Assembly (NCBI RefSeq): GCF_000002075.1
Contig: NW_004798018.1
Span: 52,541 to 116,540 of the forward strand
Source: Aplysia californica
Taxonomy: Eukaryota
Length of the DNA stretch: 64,000 nt
Reading direction: 5' to 3'
Position numbers and translations under genes: made by a program. Shown here in pieces: positions 1 through 12,935 of this stretch. Numbering within the stretch: the stretch's first letter is position 1; each line of letters starts with the position of its first letter. The notes under the pieces are model-generated. The model was not told where the DNA came from. It saw only the letters and a list, made by a program, of their open reading frames with translations, and did not search any database.

Positions 1-985
1 GTTTCGACCGAAGAAAATGTGATTTACGTGGTTTAAAAAGTAGTCTCGTAAAACTGACATTGGGGAACATCAAAGGAGACATCAGGAACCACCATCACCG
101 TGGAAATGTTCAGATAGAGGGGATTGTCTGTGTGTGTGTTAAGGGGGGGGGGGTGCTTTTTGCCATTTCGTCAGTTAAAAAATGGAAAGTAAATAAAGTT
201 GGACTGGTCCCAAAGTTATTGCAGTCTGAGACAGAATACGTTGCGCTTACTTTTTTTTCGTCATGTCGTGCTTTTTTTTCTTTCCGTGTTACATTCACTG
301 TCCAGTCCTTGAGATGTTGGTTTCTGAGGAATCAGCACGACCCACGGAGGTTGCAGACGGGTTCAACAAATTGTCCAGAAAGATTTGATTTTTTTTCCCT
401 TCGAGATGGAGAGCCTTCATCCCTCGTGACCTTGGTTTATTCTACTAAGATTCAGTATATGATAATGTCAAAATAAGACCGATAGAGATTTAATAAAAAT
501 CATCATAAAGAAGCTGTAACCATAGAATATAAGTATATGACTAGAGAGAGCTCAGGAGAGGAAGGGGCAAAATGAAAAGTAACGCTGCTGCTAGAAAGGA
601 ATGGTGCGGTCTGTCCAACCCAGAGAGGCGAGCGTAAAAGTAATCAGCGCTGAAGTCCATGACCTCATTCACTGTGACATATATTATCACCAAGCGTATT
701 TAACTTGCACACTAAATATAGTGTAAAATTACTTTTGATTAACATTTTGTTAATTAACACTTTTGCTTTTTTTTCATCTTGTGTGGTTAAATAAAATCGT
801 GTAAGGCGATGAACGATGGAACAAAGATGAGAAAGGTTCTTACTACTTACTGTCATGACGATACTCAAAATCGACTGTTTAGCATAAGCAAAGATAGTAA
901 ATAACAAGATGGGCCACTCAGCCAAAAAAGTGTCCGCAGGAAGTATGCTCTTTGCTTCAGATGGCGCTGCAGTCTGTTTTGAAGC

Positions 986-1085
986 NNNNNNNNNNNNNNN
1001 NNNNNNNNNNNNNNNNNNNNNNNNNNNNNNNNNNNNNNNNNNNNNNNNNNNNNNNNNNNNNNNNNNNNNNNNNNNNNNNNNNNNN
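986..1085. other. Assembly gap (100 N); further gaps at 6985-7116 and 29032-29171
   Basis: Runs of N. Confidence 0.98.
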
Positions 1086-1586
1086 AATTGTCCAGAAAGA
1101 TTGCCCCTTTTCCCTTCGAGATGGAGAGCCTTCATCCCTCGTGACCTTGGCTTATATTCTACTAAGATTCAGTATATGATAATGTCAAAATAAGACCGAA
1201 AGAGATTTAATAAAAATCATCATAAAGAAGCTGTAACCATAGAATATAAGTATGTGACTAGAGAGAGCTCAGGAGAGGAAGGGGCAAAATGAAAAGTAAC
1301 GCTGCTGCTAGAAAGGAATGGTGCGGTCTGTCCAACCCAGAGAGGCGAGCGTAAAAGTAATCAGCGCTGAAGTCCATGACCTCATTCACTGTGACATATA
1401 TAGTTAACTTTCACACTAAATAAATATAGTGTAAAACTGCTTTTGACTAGCATTTTGTTAATTAACACGTTTCCTTTGGGAGGTTTTTTCCATCTTGTGT
1501 GGTTAAATAAAATCGTGTAAGGCGATGAACGATGGAACAAAGAGGAGAAAGGTTCTTACTACTTACTGTCATGACGATACTCAAAA

Positions 1587-1940
1587 TCGACTGTTTAGCG
1601 TAAGCAAAGATCGTGTATAACAAGATGATTCACTCCTCTCTTTGAGCCAGTTGAAAAAGTGTCCTCAAAATTTGATGGCTCCCTCTTTGAAAAAGCGCGG
1701 ACTTTGCTAACAGAGCTACCTTACTTGTGTGAAAAATAATAAAAGTGAAACTAACAAACTGCAATTCCTATTCTTCTTCTGTAGAAACGAAAGTGCAGCG
1801 CCATCTGAAGCAACGCGCGGACTTCAGTGGACACTTTTTGGCTGAGTGAACAATCTTGTTATGCTCGATCTTTAGCGAAAGACTCCTATATACGCCTTTA
1901 AAAGGGTGACGTATGACGGAGTCTTACACTGAGCAGTCGA
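1587..1940. mobile_element. MITE-like element with long imperfect inverted repeats
   Basis: tcgactgtttagcgtaag...aaagatcgtgtataacaagatgattcactc versus gagtgaacaatcttgttatgctcgatcttt...cttacactgagcagtcga. Confidence 0.45.
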
Positions 1941-2406
1941 AATGCTCTTTATGAGACATTTATTGATGTTTTACTCCGTGCTGCATTTTTGGCATATTAT
2001 GTTAAATCCTTTTTTTTTTTTTGGGGGGGGGGGGGGGGGGGCCTTATATCCATTTTCCTGACCGATCGGTAAATCTTTTACTCACTCGTCGATATGATCT
2101 AGATAATTTGGGAAGCGCGCTGTTCGACCTGCCAGTCAGGGCTTAGCTTGGATCTGTAAAATACATGTACTGCATTAGAACAGAATGACAAAAACGCAAG
2201 AAAATATACATGTAGCCTACAGCCAAAATTATCCAAGACCCATCACAGAGGAAAAATAGTTGTCGTAGACAGGTGGGCGACTTGGGCAGTGTTATTACTG
2301 GGGGGGGGGGGGTTAACGCTAGCAGGAGCGGGAAGTTGTCATTTATACAGGTGATTGTTTTGGCCAAGTGACTGTTAGAGCAAGTTCGACTGTATATTGT
2401 CCACAA

Positions 2407-2472
2407 GCCGTTGGGAATCGAACTCTCGCCTCTTGCTTGAAAAGGCGAAGACATTGACCATCATGCCACAGA
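2407..2472 (-). mobile_element. Truncated tRNA-derived SINE head
   Basis: Minus strand tggcatgatgg (A box) ... gagttcgattccc (B box); no complete cloverleaf. Confidence 0.45.
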
Positions 2473-3284
2473 CTTAAGGTGGATAACACAACATACAACA
2501 ACACGAGGAATTGTTGTTAAAAAAACAATTATTAAGATGTGAAATATGAAGTAAAGGGTTCCTGGTCCATTTCCACGATTACTAAAGGCGGCAAGATGGT
2601 GCATCATTAGGAAATGAACTTGCTTTGATCACTCAATATTTCTGTAAATCGGTATGTGCACATGTACTTAAATGTACCTGTGAATTAACTGGCAATCTTC
2701 AGGGACAAAAGTAAGAAATGCTCAAAAAGATTATATTCCTGAAGTTGTGAAACGCTAATAAGCCTGTTGACAAAACATGAGAAAAAAAAAAAAAAGATCG
2801 ATCGGTCTGCCAAAGAAACAATTGCGTCAATCACGCCTTTCTGATACATGTACAAGACTGCTATTGAATATCACTGAGCCTCTAGATGTATTTCATACGG
2901 CACAGTACAAAAATGATGCTGTGGTTTATCGTGCCGTGTGTTGGTGTGTGCTGTCCTTTTGGCGATGTACTTTGCTGTATACATTGAAGTGTGTTGTCAT
3001 TCGTTAGCTGTGTTGTTTATGGCGTTTCGTGTATTTTGAATCTCAGTGTGTACATATATTGCGTGCAGGTGCGGTGGGTTTAGGCCCCGTGGCACGGTGC
3101 TGTACGGTGCTGTCTAGGGAGCTGTGTAACACTGGGCAGGAGGAACCACTTGACCGGCGCAGACAGCGACCACTTGACATGCGCAGAACGCAGAAGGTTA
3201 CACTCAAAATGATGTAGTACGTCGTACCTTTTGGAACCCAACGACCGCGCCCTCAGACAGCCAGGTGGATTCCTCATAGTATAA

Positions 3285-3655
3285 GGGGTGCCCTTTGGCG
3301 CGATCGGGTCAGGTCCGGTCGGGTCGGGTCGGGTCGGGTCGGGTCGGGTCAGGTCGTTTTCTGCCTCCGCGATTGTACCCGACGACCTGGAAGTTAAAGT
3401 AGACCGGAAATGCCTGAACTTGACATCGCAGTGTCAACATGGACACGTGACTTGTAGGTTACAAAGCCTTGTTGTGACTGATTGCAAACCACCCGATCGC
3501 GCGACTTGCAGACTTGAAAACAAACGCGTTTGTTTTTTAAAGTCACAGACCGCGTCGATCAGTTTGTGCCACGATAGCCGCAATTGACCCTCAATTTGGC
3601 TAGCCTCGACTACCAACTTGACCCGACCCGACACGATCGCGCGAATGGGCACCCC
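3285..3655. mobile_element. PIF/Harbinger-like MITE with an internal (GGTCG)n repeat
   Basis: TIRs GGGGTGCCCTTTGGCGCGATCG / CGATCGCGCGAATGGGCACCCC; left flank TAA. Confidence 0.7.
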
Positions 3656-3738
3656 CTATTAGCCTGAGAGAGCGGACGTACAGTACGCTGCCGGGGGAGA
3701 CCAATAGATGAGAAGTATGACGCACACACAGTAAATCG

Positions 3739-3917
3739 GTGGGTGATTGGCGAGTGTTCTAGTGTAGTTTGCTCCTTCTTTTGTTTTTATCCAGACATAT
3801 GTTGTCCTTATATCCCCTCCTTTTTGTGTTTGATACTCTTTTTGAAACACATCTAATATTCGGCACTTATATGATCTAATTGCGTTGCAAGTGCCGTAAA
3901 ACTCTTAGTAAAACTAA
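3739..3917 (+). repeat. ~180-bp short retroposon family, copy with TSD acagtaaat(c/a)g
   Basis: Starts GTGGGTG(G/A)TTGGCG; ends in a hairpin plus (ACTAA)n. Confidence 0.75.
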
Positions 3918-6900
3918 ACAGTAAATAGGCTTTCAGAGCCAAATGAAATGAACCACGCTACCAAGTGGTCGGCGGGTACAAACGGGCGTTGATGACAGAA
4001 ATTCTCAAATGATGAACTTGAAAGATCTTGTCATTGTTCAGCATTTGAACGCCTTTTAGATTGCGACCTGCAAATACATTTCGAACCGCACCTGATATTT
4101 TGACAACTTCTCAGTAGTGACCAAGCTACTATCACTAAGAATATTTGACATCTTCTTTGAAAACAATTTGGAAACTTCTTAGTAGTAACCAACCTTGTAA
4201 GAATATCTCCTGCGGCTACTTCCGGGTACCTTTGAGTCTGGAGTACGTACACAAATTTGGTCATTAAGCAAAAGTCTGGGAGGTTTTTTTTGGTTGTGTT
4301 GTTGTTGTTTTTTTAGTGGGGTTCTTTCACTTAAAAAACAACTAACAACAACCTGATAAGAAAGAAGTTAGTAAGGAGAAAGAAAAAATCAACTTTCGGC
4401 CACAGAGGGAACGTACGGACTTTGTGTCGGTGTAGTTCAGTGCAGGAGATCAATCATCGTAGAGAACGCTTGAAGTGCGTGTGGAGTGCGGAGTGCGCGC
4501 ACCAATACACACCACGTGATTTGGCCAGAGCAATGATGATCAACGGAGGAACCCATTGCCCTTTGGCACTTGCCTTGTCTCCTGGGTCTGATTTTTTGTA
4601 AAGAGGAAGTCTCTCGGAAACTAGGTCATGACAGTCTGTGTCGAGGGGACAGGAAAGAGTGATTGGTGCACTGCTGAATCCACCACTACATCTTCCCTGA
4701 ACACTGCAGGGTTCATGCAACTAAACAAGCAGTAGACTCGTTATGAAGAGGTAGTTTTTTAGAAATAATTGCCGCAATTTGGAGTATTTAATTTGTTGGC
4801 CAAGCTGATGGACATTTGGCAAAGAGTATTTTTCTGAGAAGACGTTGGTGTCTGTCTTGAGCGCCTACACTAATGGCTTTACTTTGTTTAGTATCACCTC
4901 ATTGAATTTGGCCGTTTTTTGTGCGTTTTAGTACAGGCTACAGGCCTATATATTGACATTTAATGACAACTGCTCTGACACCCTCCCCTCTCCTTTTCCT
5001 CCTTTCGAGGTACTAAGACACTAAGAGCCTTTATTTTCAGTTTGAAGTATTGGTCCTCAAAAGCCTTAGGCTACTGAAAAAAATGCAGTTGATCAAAGAC
5101 CAAACTTTCCGTACTTGCTGGTTTACCGCAAAGAAAAAGTTATCGTATCGTACAGTACAAATAATTTGTGGCGGGTAGCCTGAGGGATACATAGAGGGTT
5201 TTAGAGTCCACGTCTTGAGGGTCTGGGGGTGTTTGCTTTAGATGTAGGTCTATACATATTGACGGTTCTGGAAAGAAAAAGAAATATTCAGTGCGGGTAC
5301 TTTTTTTTACGAAGGGAAATACAATATAACGTCTTTATGTGGATAACACATTTGTCGATAGAAGAGAAAAAAAAACAACTAAGATTGAGAATTTTTTTAA
5401 AACGAGAAATCTCGCCGATCTTGGGGTGTTAACATATTTACCTTGATTAGAACGGCTTGAAAGAGGGTAAGCCCATATTTCGAAACTGGACTGGGTCCAT
5501 TTGATCTATCCGAGTGAAGGCTTCAGAAGGAAAGAAAAACGAACGGTTTTTTTAAAATCTTTTCGCTTTACAGGTATGCAACATTCTCTTCTCATACAAC
5601 GACAAAGAGCCCGCGTTGTTACACCTCATATGTCGGTGAACCTAAAACAAACCAGCCAACTTTGAAGTAAATGAATCGTGAACGTACTTTTGTGTATACA
5701 TGTACAACAACGGCGATACCAGTAACTTAAAAAATCAAAATTTATTAACTTCTGTTGCATATTGCACTCATTTCTTTCAAAATCTATCAATCTCAGAATA
5801 ACAATCTCCGCCAATTGTGAGACGTTTTTTCATAACTTGGGGAGCGATTAATCAACAAAACTGTCTTGCCGTTAAGAAAACAACTAAAACTAAATATACA
5901 TTTTATGCTTAACTTAAAACGATCGTCCAGGCTTCCTTCTCTGAAAATTCAAATTCAGGTGCACCACATACGAAAATGGAATACGAGGAACGTATTTGGA
6001 TAACCCGAGCGTAAAGCTTTTAAACGGGGAAGATGGAGAATGTGTTATGGTTGAATCCAACTGGTCCCTTACACCTATTATGATAACCTAGGACGTCTGT
6101 TTTGGGAAGCATAAAAAGTTTAACTCAAGACACCAGATGGATCTCTCCTCTGTGTGAGGTACGGAACAAAACGTTCTCAACAGCAAGGCTGTCCCACGAT
6201 CTGGGTTTTTTTCTGGGTTTTTTTTTTTTAAATTTTTGTAGAAGTTTTTTTACGGCGCTCGCAACAGCATACGGTCATATGAGCGCCAAGGGGTGGATGT
6301 CAACAGAAAAGTCCTTACAGGGAATCGGGCTTACTCTGCTCACCTCTCTAGCTTCAACAGCACAAAGTCTGCTTCGATTATCATCAAGGCACCCCGGAAA
6401 TAGCGGGTCACAAGAGAGTGCCAAATACCGTATACAAAAGAAGTACATGTAGAGGGAAAATGACGAGGTGGGTGCTACGATCTGTAGGAAGTCATGTGAC
6501 TCTTGTACGGGGAGTAGGAGCAGACTTTGTTCTCATTATCTCAAACACGCAAAATGTCTCAGGATTGTCCATGACGAACTTTCTGAACAAGACTGTTATT
6601 GCGCATAAATGAATTGCAACTGCAAATATTATAGTAGACCCACCGGTAATTTCAGAAAAAGGCACATTAGAGAATTCATGTACTTTGAAAAAGGAGGGAT
6701 GGGGGTTTGTTTGGTAAGTGTTTTACGGCGCTCGCAAATAAAGCATTTTGAACGCGCAGAACACATTAAACATTTTCAGTTTGGTTGGAATCAATTGAGC
6801 ACGAAGGGCTCTCTAACATGTGCAACTTGCACATGGGACCCCCGAGATTTTTTGCCCCTATCCAAGAAAGCTAGGTACTAGATCTTACCTACCCTAAGAT

Positions 6901-7152
6901 CAGAGGTGTGGCAGGAAGACAGCAGTAAGAAGAAGCCAAGGAGTAGCAGCAGAAAAAATGAGGTTTTACCGTAATTGACGTATGNNNNNNNNNNNNNNNN
7001 NNNNNNNNNNNNNNNNNNNNNNNNNNNNNNNNNNNNNNNNNNNNNNNNNNNNNNNNNNNNNNNNNNNNNNNNNNNNNNNNNNNNNNNNNNNNNNNNNNNN
7101 NNNNNNNNNNNNNNNNACGCGTGTTTGTGTATGTGACTGTGTGCGTACGCAC

Positions 7153-7154
<2 letters not shown>

Positions 7155-7184
<30 letters not shown>
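7155..7184. repeat. (GT)n microsatellite next to an assembly gap
   Basis: Direct reading of the sequence. Confidence 0.9.
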
Positions 7185-7186
<2 letters not shown>

Positions 7187-8654
7187 GCGCGGGCGTGCAT
7201 GCGCAACTTCAGTCCGGTAGCTTTTTTTAACCCCCCCCCCCCTCCCCCCAACCACCATCCTCACCCCTCTGAAGTATGTTCCTTTATGCCCCCATACATA
7301 ATTAAAACAAAAACTCATTTCTTTCTTTACTGTAGCCTATTTATACAGACAGGGCTGTTTAAGCTGCCTGCGTATTTTTAAAAAAATGTATGCTCGTACT
7401 AGTATGATCTACAAAATCAGCTTTTTGTTTTATTATTTGTTTTAGTAGAGGTTTGACGGCACTCGCAACTGCATAAGGTCATATGAGCGCCAGAAGATTA
7501 GAGGTGTTACAAGAGAGTTCTCACTAAACTAAACACATTAACCTTTCCAAATAAAACTATGTTTTCTTTAAAAGCAAATAATTCTCTTAAGCTTTCAGCC
7601 CCTCCATTACTTTGAACAGACACCAAACATTGTGTGAAACGGCTAAACGGGTAAGCGACGATGGACGAGGGTCTTAGACCAGTGAGCCTACTGCGGTCAT
7701 GACAGAGAAGCCATTTTCTTCTCCCTGCTACTGACCCACACGGAAAGTTACAGTACACACACCCGATAGATTCTATTTCGAGAAACTCTTTTCCGGATCA
7801 TTTCAGTTTTACCGTGGTAAGCTGATGTGTCTACCAGCCATCCATTTCCTCTCATCCTCACTACATAAAAGAGAGGCAAAAGTCATACAATTCCGAAGGC
7901 CAAGGTTTACTCCTCGTTTTCGTTTGTGCAGACCAGGGGCAGTAACTCTTGGTGACCATAAATCTACCATCATCCTCGGTTCCTTCCCATGAACTCTTTT
8001 CACTACCATACAAGTTGTCTCCCATACATTCAAGTGCAGGTGAGAGAGAGAGAAGGGGGGGAAGCGGTGGTCTGACTCTTGACAACTGTTCTTTTCAAGT
8101 TGCAGCTGGAGGCTGGAGGGGGGGGGGGAGGCGGAATTTGAACGAATATAACCCCTTGGTAGACAAAAACATGTCTTTTGGACTAGGGCTGTGAGCACCT
8201 AGCTCAGAGGTTGGATAAAAGAATCATTAAACTCTATGGAGAGAAAGTAAAGATAAGAGGATGGAATGGAAATAAATGTATAAATATACTTTAAGTACTA
8301 CATAATAGAGAAGCACCTGTACACAGATAAACTAATATTGGCAGCTGTTCTGAAAAAGTAGGCGTTGGACCTTTTCTTACTGGAATGAAATGGGCATTTC
8401 ATAGACCCCTTTGGCTACCCAAAGACAATAGACAGTAGCCTATGATACAAAATCTACTCAATACAGTAGGCTATGTAATAAAAAATTAGGCACGTGTCGA
8501 AACTTCTCTAGTCTTGACAAGTTTAAATGTCTCAGAGCACATAAAATGATATAACATGGAATCCTAAACTTGCAATAAGATGGATTCCTTACATCCCAAA
8601 ACCCCAAAACACTGTTAAGTCACTCAAGGCCGCGACTACAACCAACCATGTGTT

Positions 8655-9260
8655 TGGGGGCTCTCGTCGCATAGAGGTTAAGGTGTTCGCCTCTCTTTCA
8701 AAGTCCCGGGTTCGAATCCGTGTATTGACCAAAAAATTTTCTTCTTTAAATATTTATGCTCTTTGGAAATGTTCTGTCGTCTCCTTTCGTCTCCACTTTC
8801 TGCCCCACCCCCTCACCTCCTTTGCCCCCTCCTCTGGGCTCCAGACTCTTTCTGCAGCCTTTCTACTGCTACTCCATGGCTCCTTCTTACTGCTGTCTTT
8901 CAGCCACACCCCTGATCTTCTGGCAGAAAAGATCTACACCTAGCCTTCTCGGACAAGGGCGAAAAATCTTGGAGGTCCTGTGTGCAAGTTGCGCACATTT
9001 ACCCTATCTGTACGCCCTGGGGTCATTTTGTACCCCGGGTGTTGTATTCTTCACATTTTAAAAAACTTCTCGGCCAAGTCCAAATTGAAACTTTCAGTAT
9101 TTCTCAAAAAATCATTTTGAAATACTGCTATGCAAAGTGTACGGATTGGATTAACGGGTAAATTTCCTCTTTAGAAAGTGATGGCACAGAGTTCCGCACG
9201 TCGTATGGATACAATAGTAAAACACGACGTACGGATTGGGTTAAAGATCCCTTGGAGGTC
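8655..9260 (+). mobile_element. tRNA-derived SINE interrupted by a piggyBac-type MITE; a related body copy lies inverted at about 6818-6958
   Basis: A-box-like tcgcatagaggtt and B box ggttcgaatcc at about 8665-8719. Body ctcggacaagggcgaaaaatcttggaggtcctgtgtgc...gcacat[TTAA]agatccc. Confidence 0.65.
9002..9240. mobile_element. piggyBac-type MITE (about 240 bp), copy 1
   Basis: TIRs CCCTATCTGTACG / CGTACGGATTGGG with TTTA/TTAA flanks; homologous to 42870-43122 in inverted orientation. Confidence 0.75.
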
Positions 9261-12200
9261 TAAAATCTATAAAAGTAGGATTCAGCATTCAACAATAAAT
9301 ACATTATTTGCAGACTTATAAGTCAACCGCCTGTCCCACAAATGGTATTTCCCCACCTTTTGAACACTCATACATTAACTACTAAAAAGAGAAAGCCATA
9401 AAGCAAAAAAAAAATTTTTTTGCTTTCTTTTAGTAAACGTTTTATGGCACTGGCAACACAATAAGGTCATAATATATAAGCGCTGAAGATTAGTACAGGT
9501 CTTACAAGCGAGTAAAAACACAAAAAAAGAGGAGAGATGAGAACGATAAATAAATGTTCGACAGGAAAGAAAGAACAAACCACACCAAAGTACCCGCCAA
9601 CCACCCACAGAATAAAAAAATGGTTTTTAAACTTCTAAGTAAGGTCACCAATGTGCTTTTATTTATCACAAAAAACTCGTACCAGTTTCTTCTCTACAAA
9701 CAACAGCAAAACATTTTGTTACCAAACAGTAAATGTACTCCTGACATCAACAACAGAACGATACCTTTTTTTACAGAAACAATGCATTCACCTTAACTTT
9801 AACTATTAGCCTATAATAAACATTTCTTTAACTTTAATTAAACCCAGCACAAATTAAAAGATAAGCCAAAAAAATCTCCCAAAGCAATTGGTCTAAAAAT
9901 TCGGGATAAAAGTGACCTAACTGAAACAGTGCAGTTGTTACCTACATTTAAAAAATAATAATAAAGAGGAAATCCACATGAAGTGTGCGGATAACATTCA
10001 ATTATACTCTGTTTAAAGTGAATGTGAAGTTTTCTTTCCCTTGTGTAGATGAGGCAGAATATGTTTCATAGATCTTCCATTGGAAGAAATTGATGCTGTG
10101 CTCTCATCTGCTTAAATTGTAACATAACATATATATATAATACATAAGAACATGGACTGGCGTGGATATGGCAGAATGTGCAACAGCAGCTCGCGACCAG
10201 GAAAGATGGAGGGTCAATACACGTCAACCTCTGAGGCAGAGATGACACCTCCAGGTATCCACGTATATATATATAATGTGAACATAACATCATACCCACA
10301 CTTAACTCAAATACACAAACACAGACACATCACCGTCAAAGTCACAAGGTTAGACAACCTGATTTTCTCTACCTTACTATCAAAACCACAACTTTTGTAA
10401 ATCTGTGGAGATGACAAAACATAATCATGAAATATGAGATTAAAGTCCTAGTTTCATGTGACAAGAACTACAAAACTCATATTGTGGTATATAAAATTGA
10501 TTCTTTTAAACTCTAAATATGACTTTAGTTACTCAAGAAAGACAACCTTTCGACTCATGGTTGCGGTATGTGACATATGAAATGTGTAATGATCAAAGAA
10601 TTATATTCTTTATATACAAAGAACTGCCCCTCCACCAATCAACAACAACCCAACCCACACACACGACAGTTTTCATACTTCTGATCATTCCTCTAAAAAG
10701 TGTAGTGTATATGCCCCCAAAAATAAGCTTTTGAAACCGCAAGAGGCTGGATAACTTGAGAATACATAAAATAGTTGTACTTAAAGTCTCAACACTTGAT
10801 ATAGATTGGACATATAGAGTGAAAAGCGTGTTGTTAAAAAATTTATAACAATGCCAAGGCTTTGGGGACTCCTATTTGCTTTTACCTGTGCAACTTAGAA
10901 CCAAAACTAAACTTAATTTTAAGAAGTGGAGTAGAAAACCAACCGCTCAAGTCAGGAGTATTTTATAACAAGATTGCAATCGGAATGTATAACTATAAAT
11001 TCTTAACATCAAAATCATGAAAACCTGGCTCCATTATCATACTTTTAGGAATCTCAAATTCTTCATTCATTTAAATCTAAGGTGAGAAAATTTGAGGCTT
11101 ACTCTAAAAAGGGACAAAAAGATCAGGCCACCAGGATTATATAATTATAGATGAGCACACAAAATGAACCACAATGCAAAATTTCATAACAGATACAATA
11201 CACAAAAAGATTCACTCCACCTTCATAAGTCCTGTTCGATCTAGTGCCATGAAAAATAAAGAATAAAAAAGTGGATTTCTTTTAAGATCATGATAAAAAT
11301 AGCTACTGTCTTAAGTGGTTCAACAAGTCAGCCGTGTGGAAGGGAAAAACAATACAAATCTCCTTCACAAACAGAACATTTCATCATACATTCTGTATAA
11401 AGATGTACAAAGTAAAATAAAAAGATGCATTGCTGAAAACAGACTCATTTATCAATCTGTGCAAAAATGGAAGAAAAGTTACCACAAGTGTGCAGGTTCA
11501 GTGGCAGTAAGAACCTTGGAAAAAGGCATAAAAGTGTGCAATCGTTTACATCTTCACCAGAAAGTGCGATATCTTGGAATATGGTACCCAAAAACAACAC
11601 ATATACTCTAAATTATCAATACAACCGTTTAAACTTCGGTCAACTTCGTTACAATTGTTGATGAGAGGGAAAAAACAACAACTGAGTTGCTAACGCATCC
11701 TAAAGTCCAGAAAAGAATGGTTAGACATAAATAAGTAATTACAATGATACACAATTTCTCCAAAACGCAGCTAACTCAACAAAAGACTTCCAGATTTGTG
11801 TAGACTATAGTATAGTATCTTTTTACAATGATTGACCAGCTCTAACTATTTTTCTCAACTAAGTTGTGGATTTGAAATCAGTGATTTATATTTCATTATG
11901 ATGCCGCCCCTGTAATTTTCATATGTTTTTTGGAGATTCCACTTGACACATATCTTGAGATCTTTGTCTACACTCATTTCTCCACTCACCACTACCAATG
12001 ACGACCCTCAGCACATGGCGAACACTCTCATAGCAAAACACACACTTGGCTTCAGTTTTTCGGGGACATAGAGTAAGAAGCCTCGAGCACCATTGTATAC
12101 ACAAATACACACACACACACACTCACTCAAGCAAGCATGCATGTGCACACACACAGGGTATAATTTGAGTGGTAAGAAGTAAAGGCCTTGAGTAATCTAC

Positions 12201-12769
12201 ATGAAACGACAACAAATTCAACCTCTCCTCTCGAGCCACCAGAGGCAGGGTGTCCCACTTACACAGTATGATGGCACAATGTAACTTGGTGATTTATAAA
12301 ATATGATGCAAAAGTGAGCCCATTTTTTCGTTTCTGTTCCTTTGAATTAAAGCATATTTTTCTGAGCTTAACTAATTGATTGTGTTGTTGTCAACAGCTA
12401 ATCAAACAGCCAAAAAGGTCTCCACAAAAAGGATTTGGTGCAAATGCAAGTGTTTGAACAAAGAACCTCATGAGTATGAAAAAAACTGTAAGAAAAAATC
12501 AAGATCTTGTTGCATTTGCTAAAAAAAAAAGGGTTTTTTTTGCACTTAACATTTTGGCCTACTTGGTGCTATGTTGACAATGATAATGCTGAAAAAGGAA
12601 CCAAAAATAAATAGCTGTACAAAGGGGAAACAATTTCGCAGCATACCTCTGATACTTTTGTAAGTAATGAACAACCTTTCACTGCTGTCTATATATAAGA
12701 TTTTGAAATACTTTTTGGTGTTTAGACAAAGACTTAAGCAACACACTGCATACATCACAACCACACAGC

Positions 12770-12935
12770 TCAGGGCATCAGTCGCTCATACACCCAGCCT
12801 TCTTCTCCAGTGTGTGTGAAGTTCGGATCCACCTTTTCTCCTTCCTCTGGTTTCCTGAACACAATACGGTCGTGGAGTCTGTTTGTTTGGCCTTGCCAAA
12901 ATTCAAATCGATTTGGGACGACTCGAAATCCACCC
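12770..12935 (-). CDS. PNPO: PNPO last coding exon ([23 protein letters not shown]...ERLMP*)
   Basis: Acceptor tttttctggcgcag; stop TGA at 12770-12772; PNPO C-terminal signature. Confidence 0.95.

Noticed and set aside
369-1630. Near-identical ~550-bp direct duplication (369-910 versus 1086-1630)
   Set aside because: It flanks a 100-N gap and differs by small indels and SNPs; most likely two haplotypes placed in tandem by the assembler.
60-9300. Numerous short ORFs in the supplied track
   Set aside because: They show no recognisable domains or coherent exon chain, and most overlap repeats, gaps or microsatellites.
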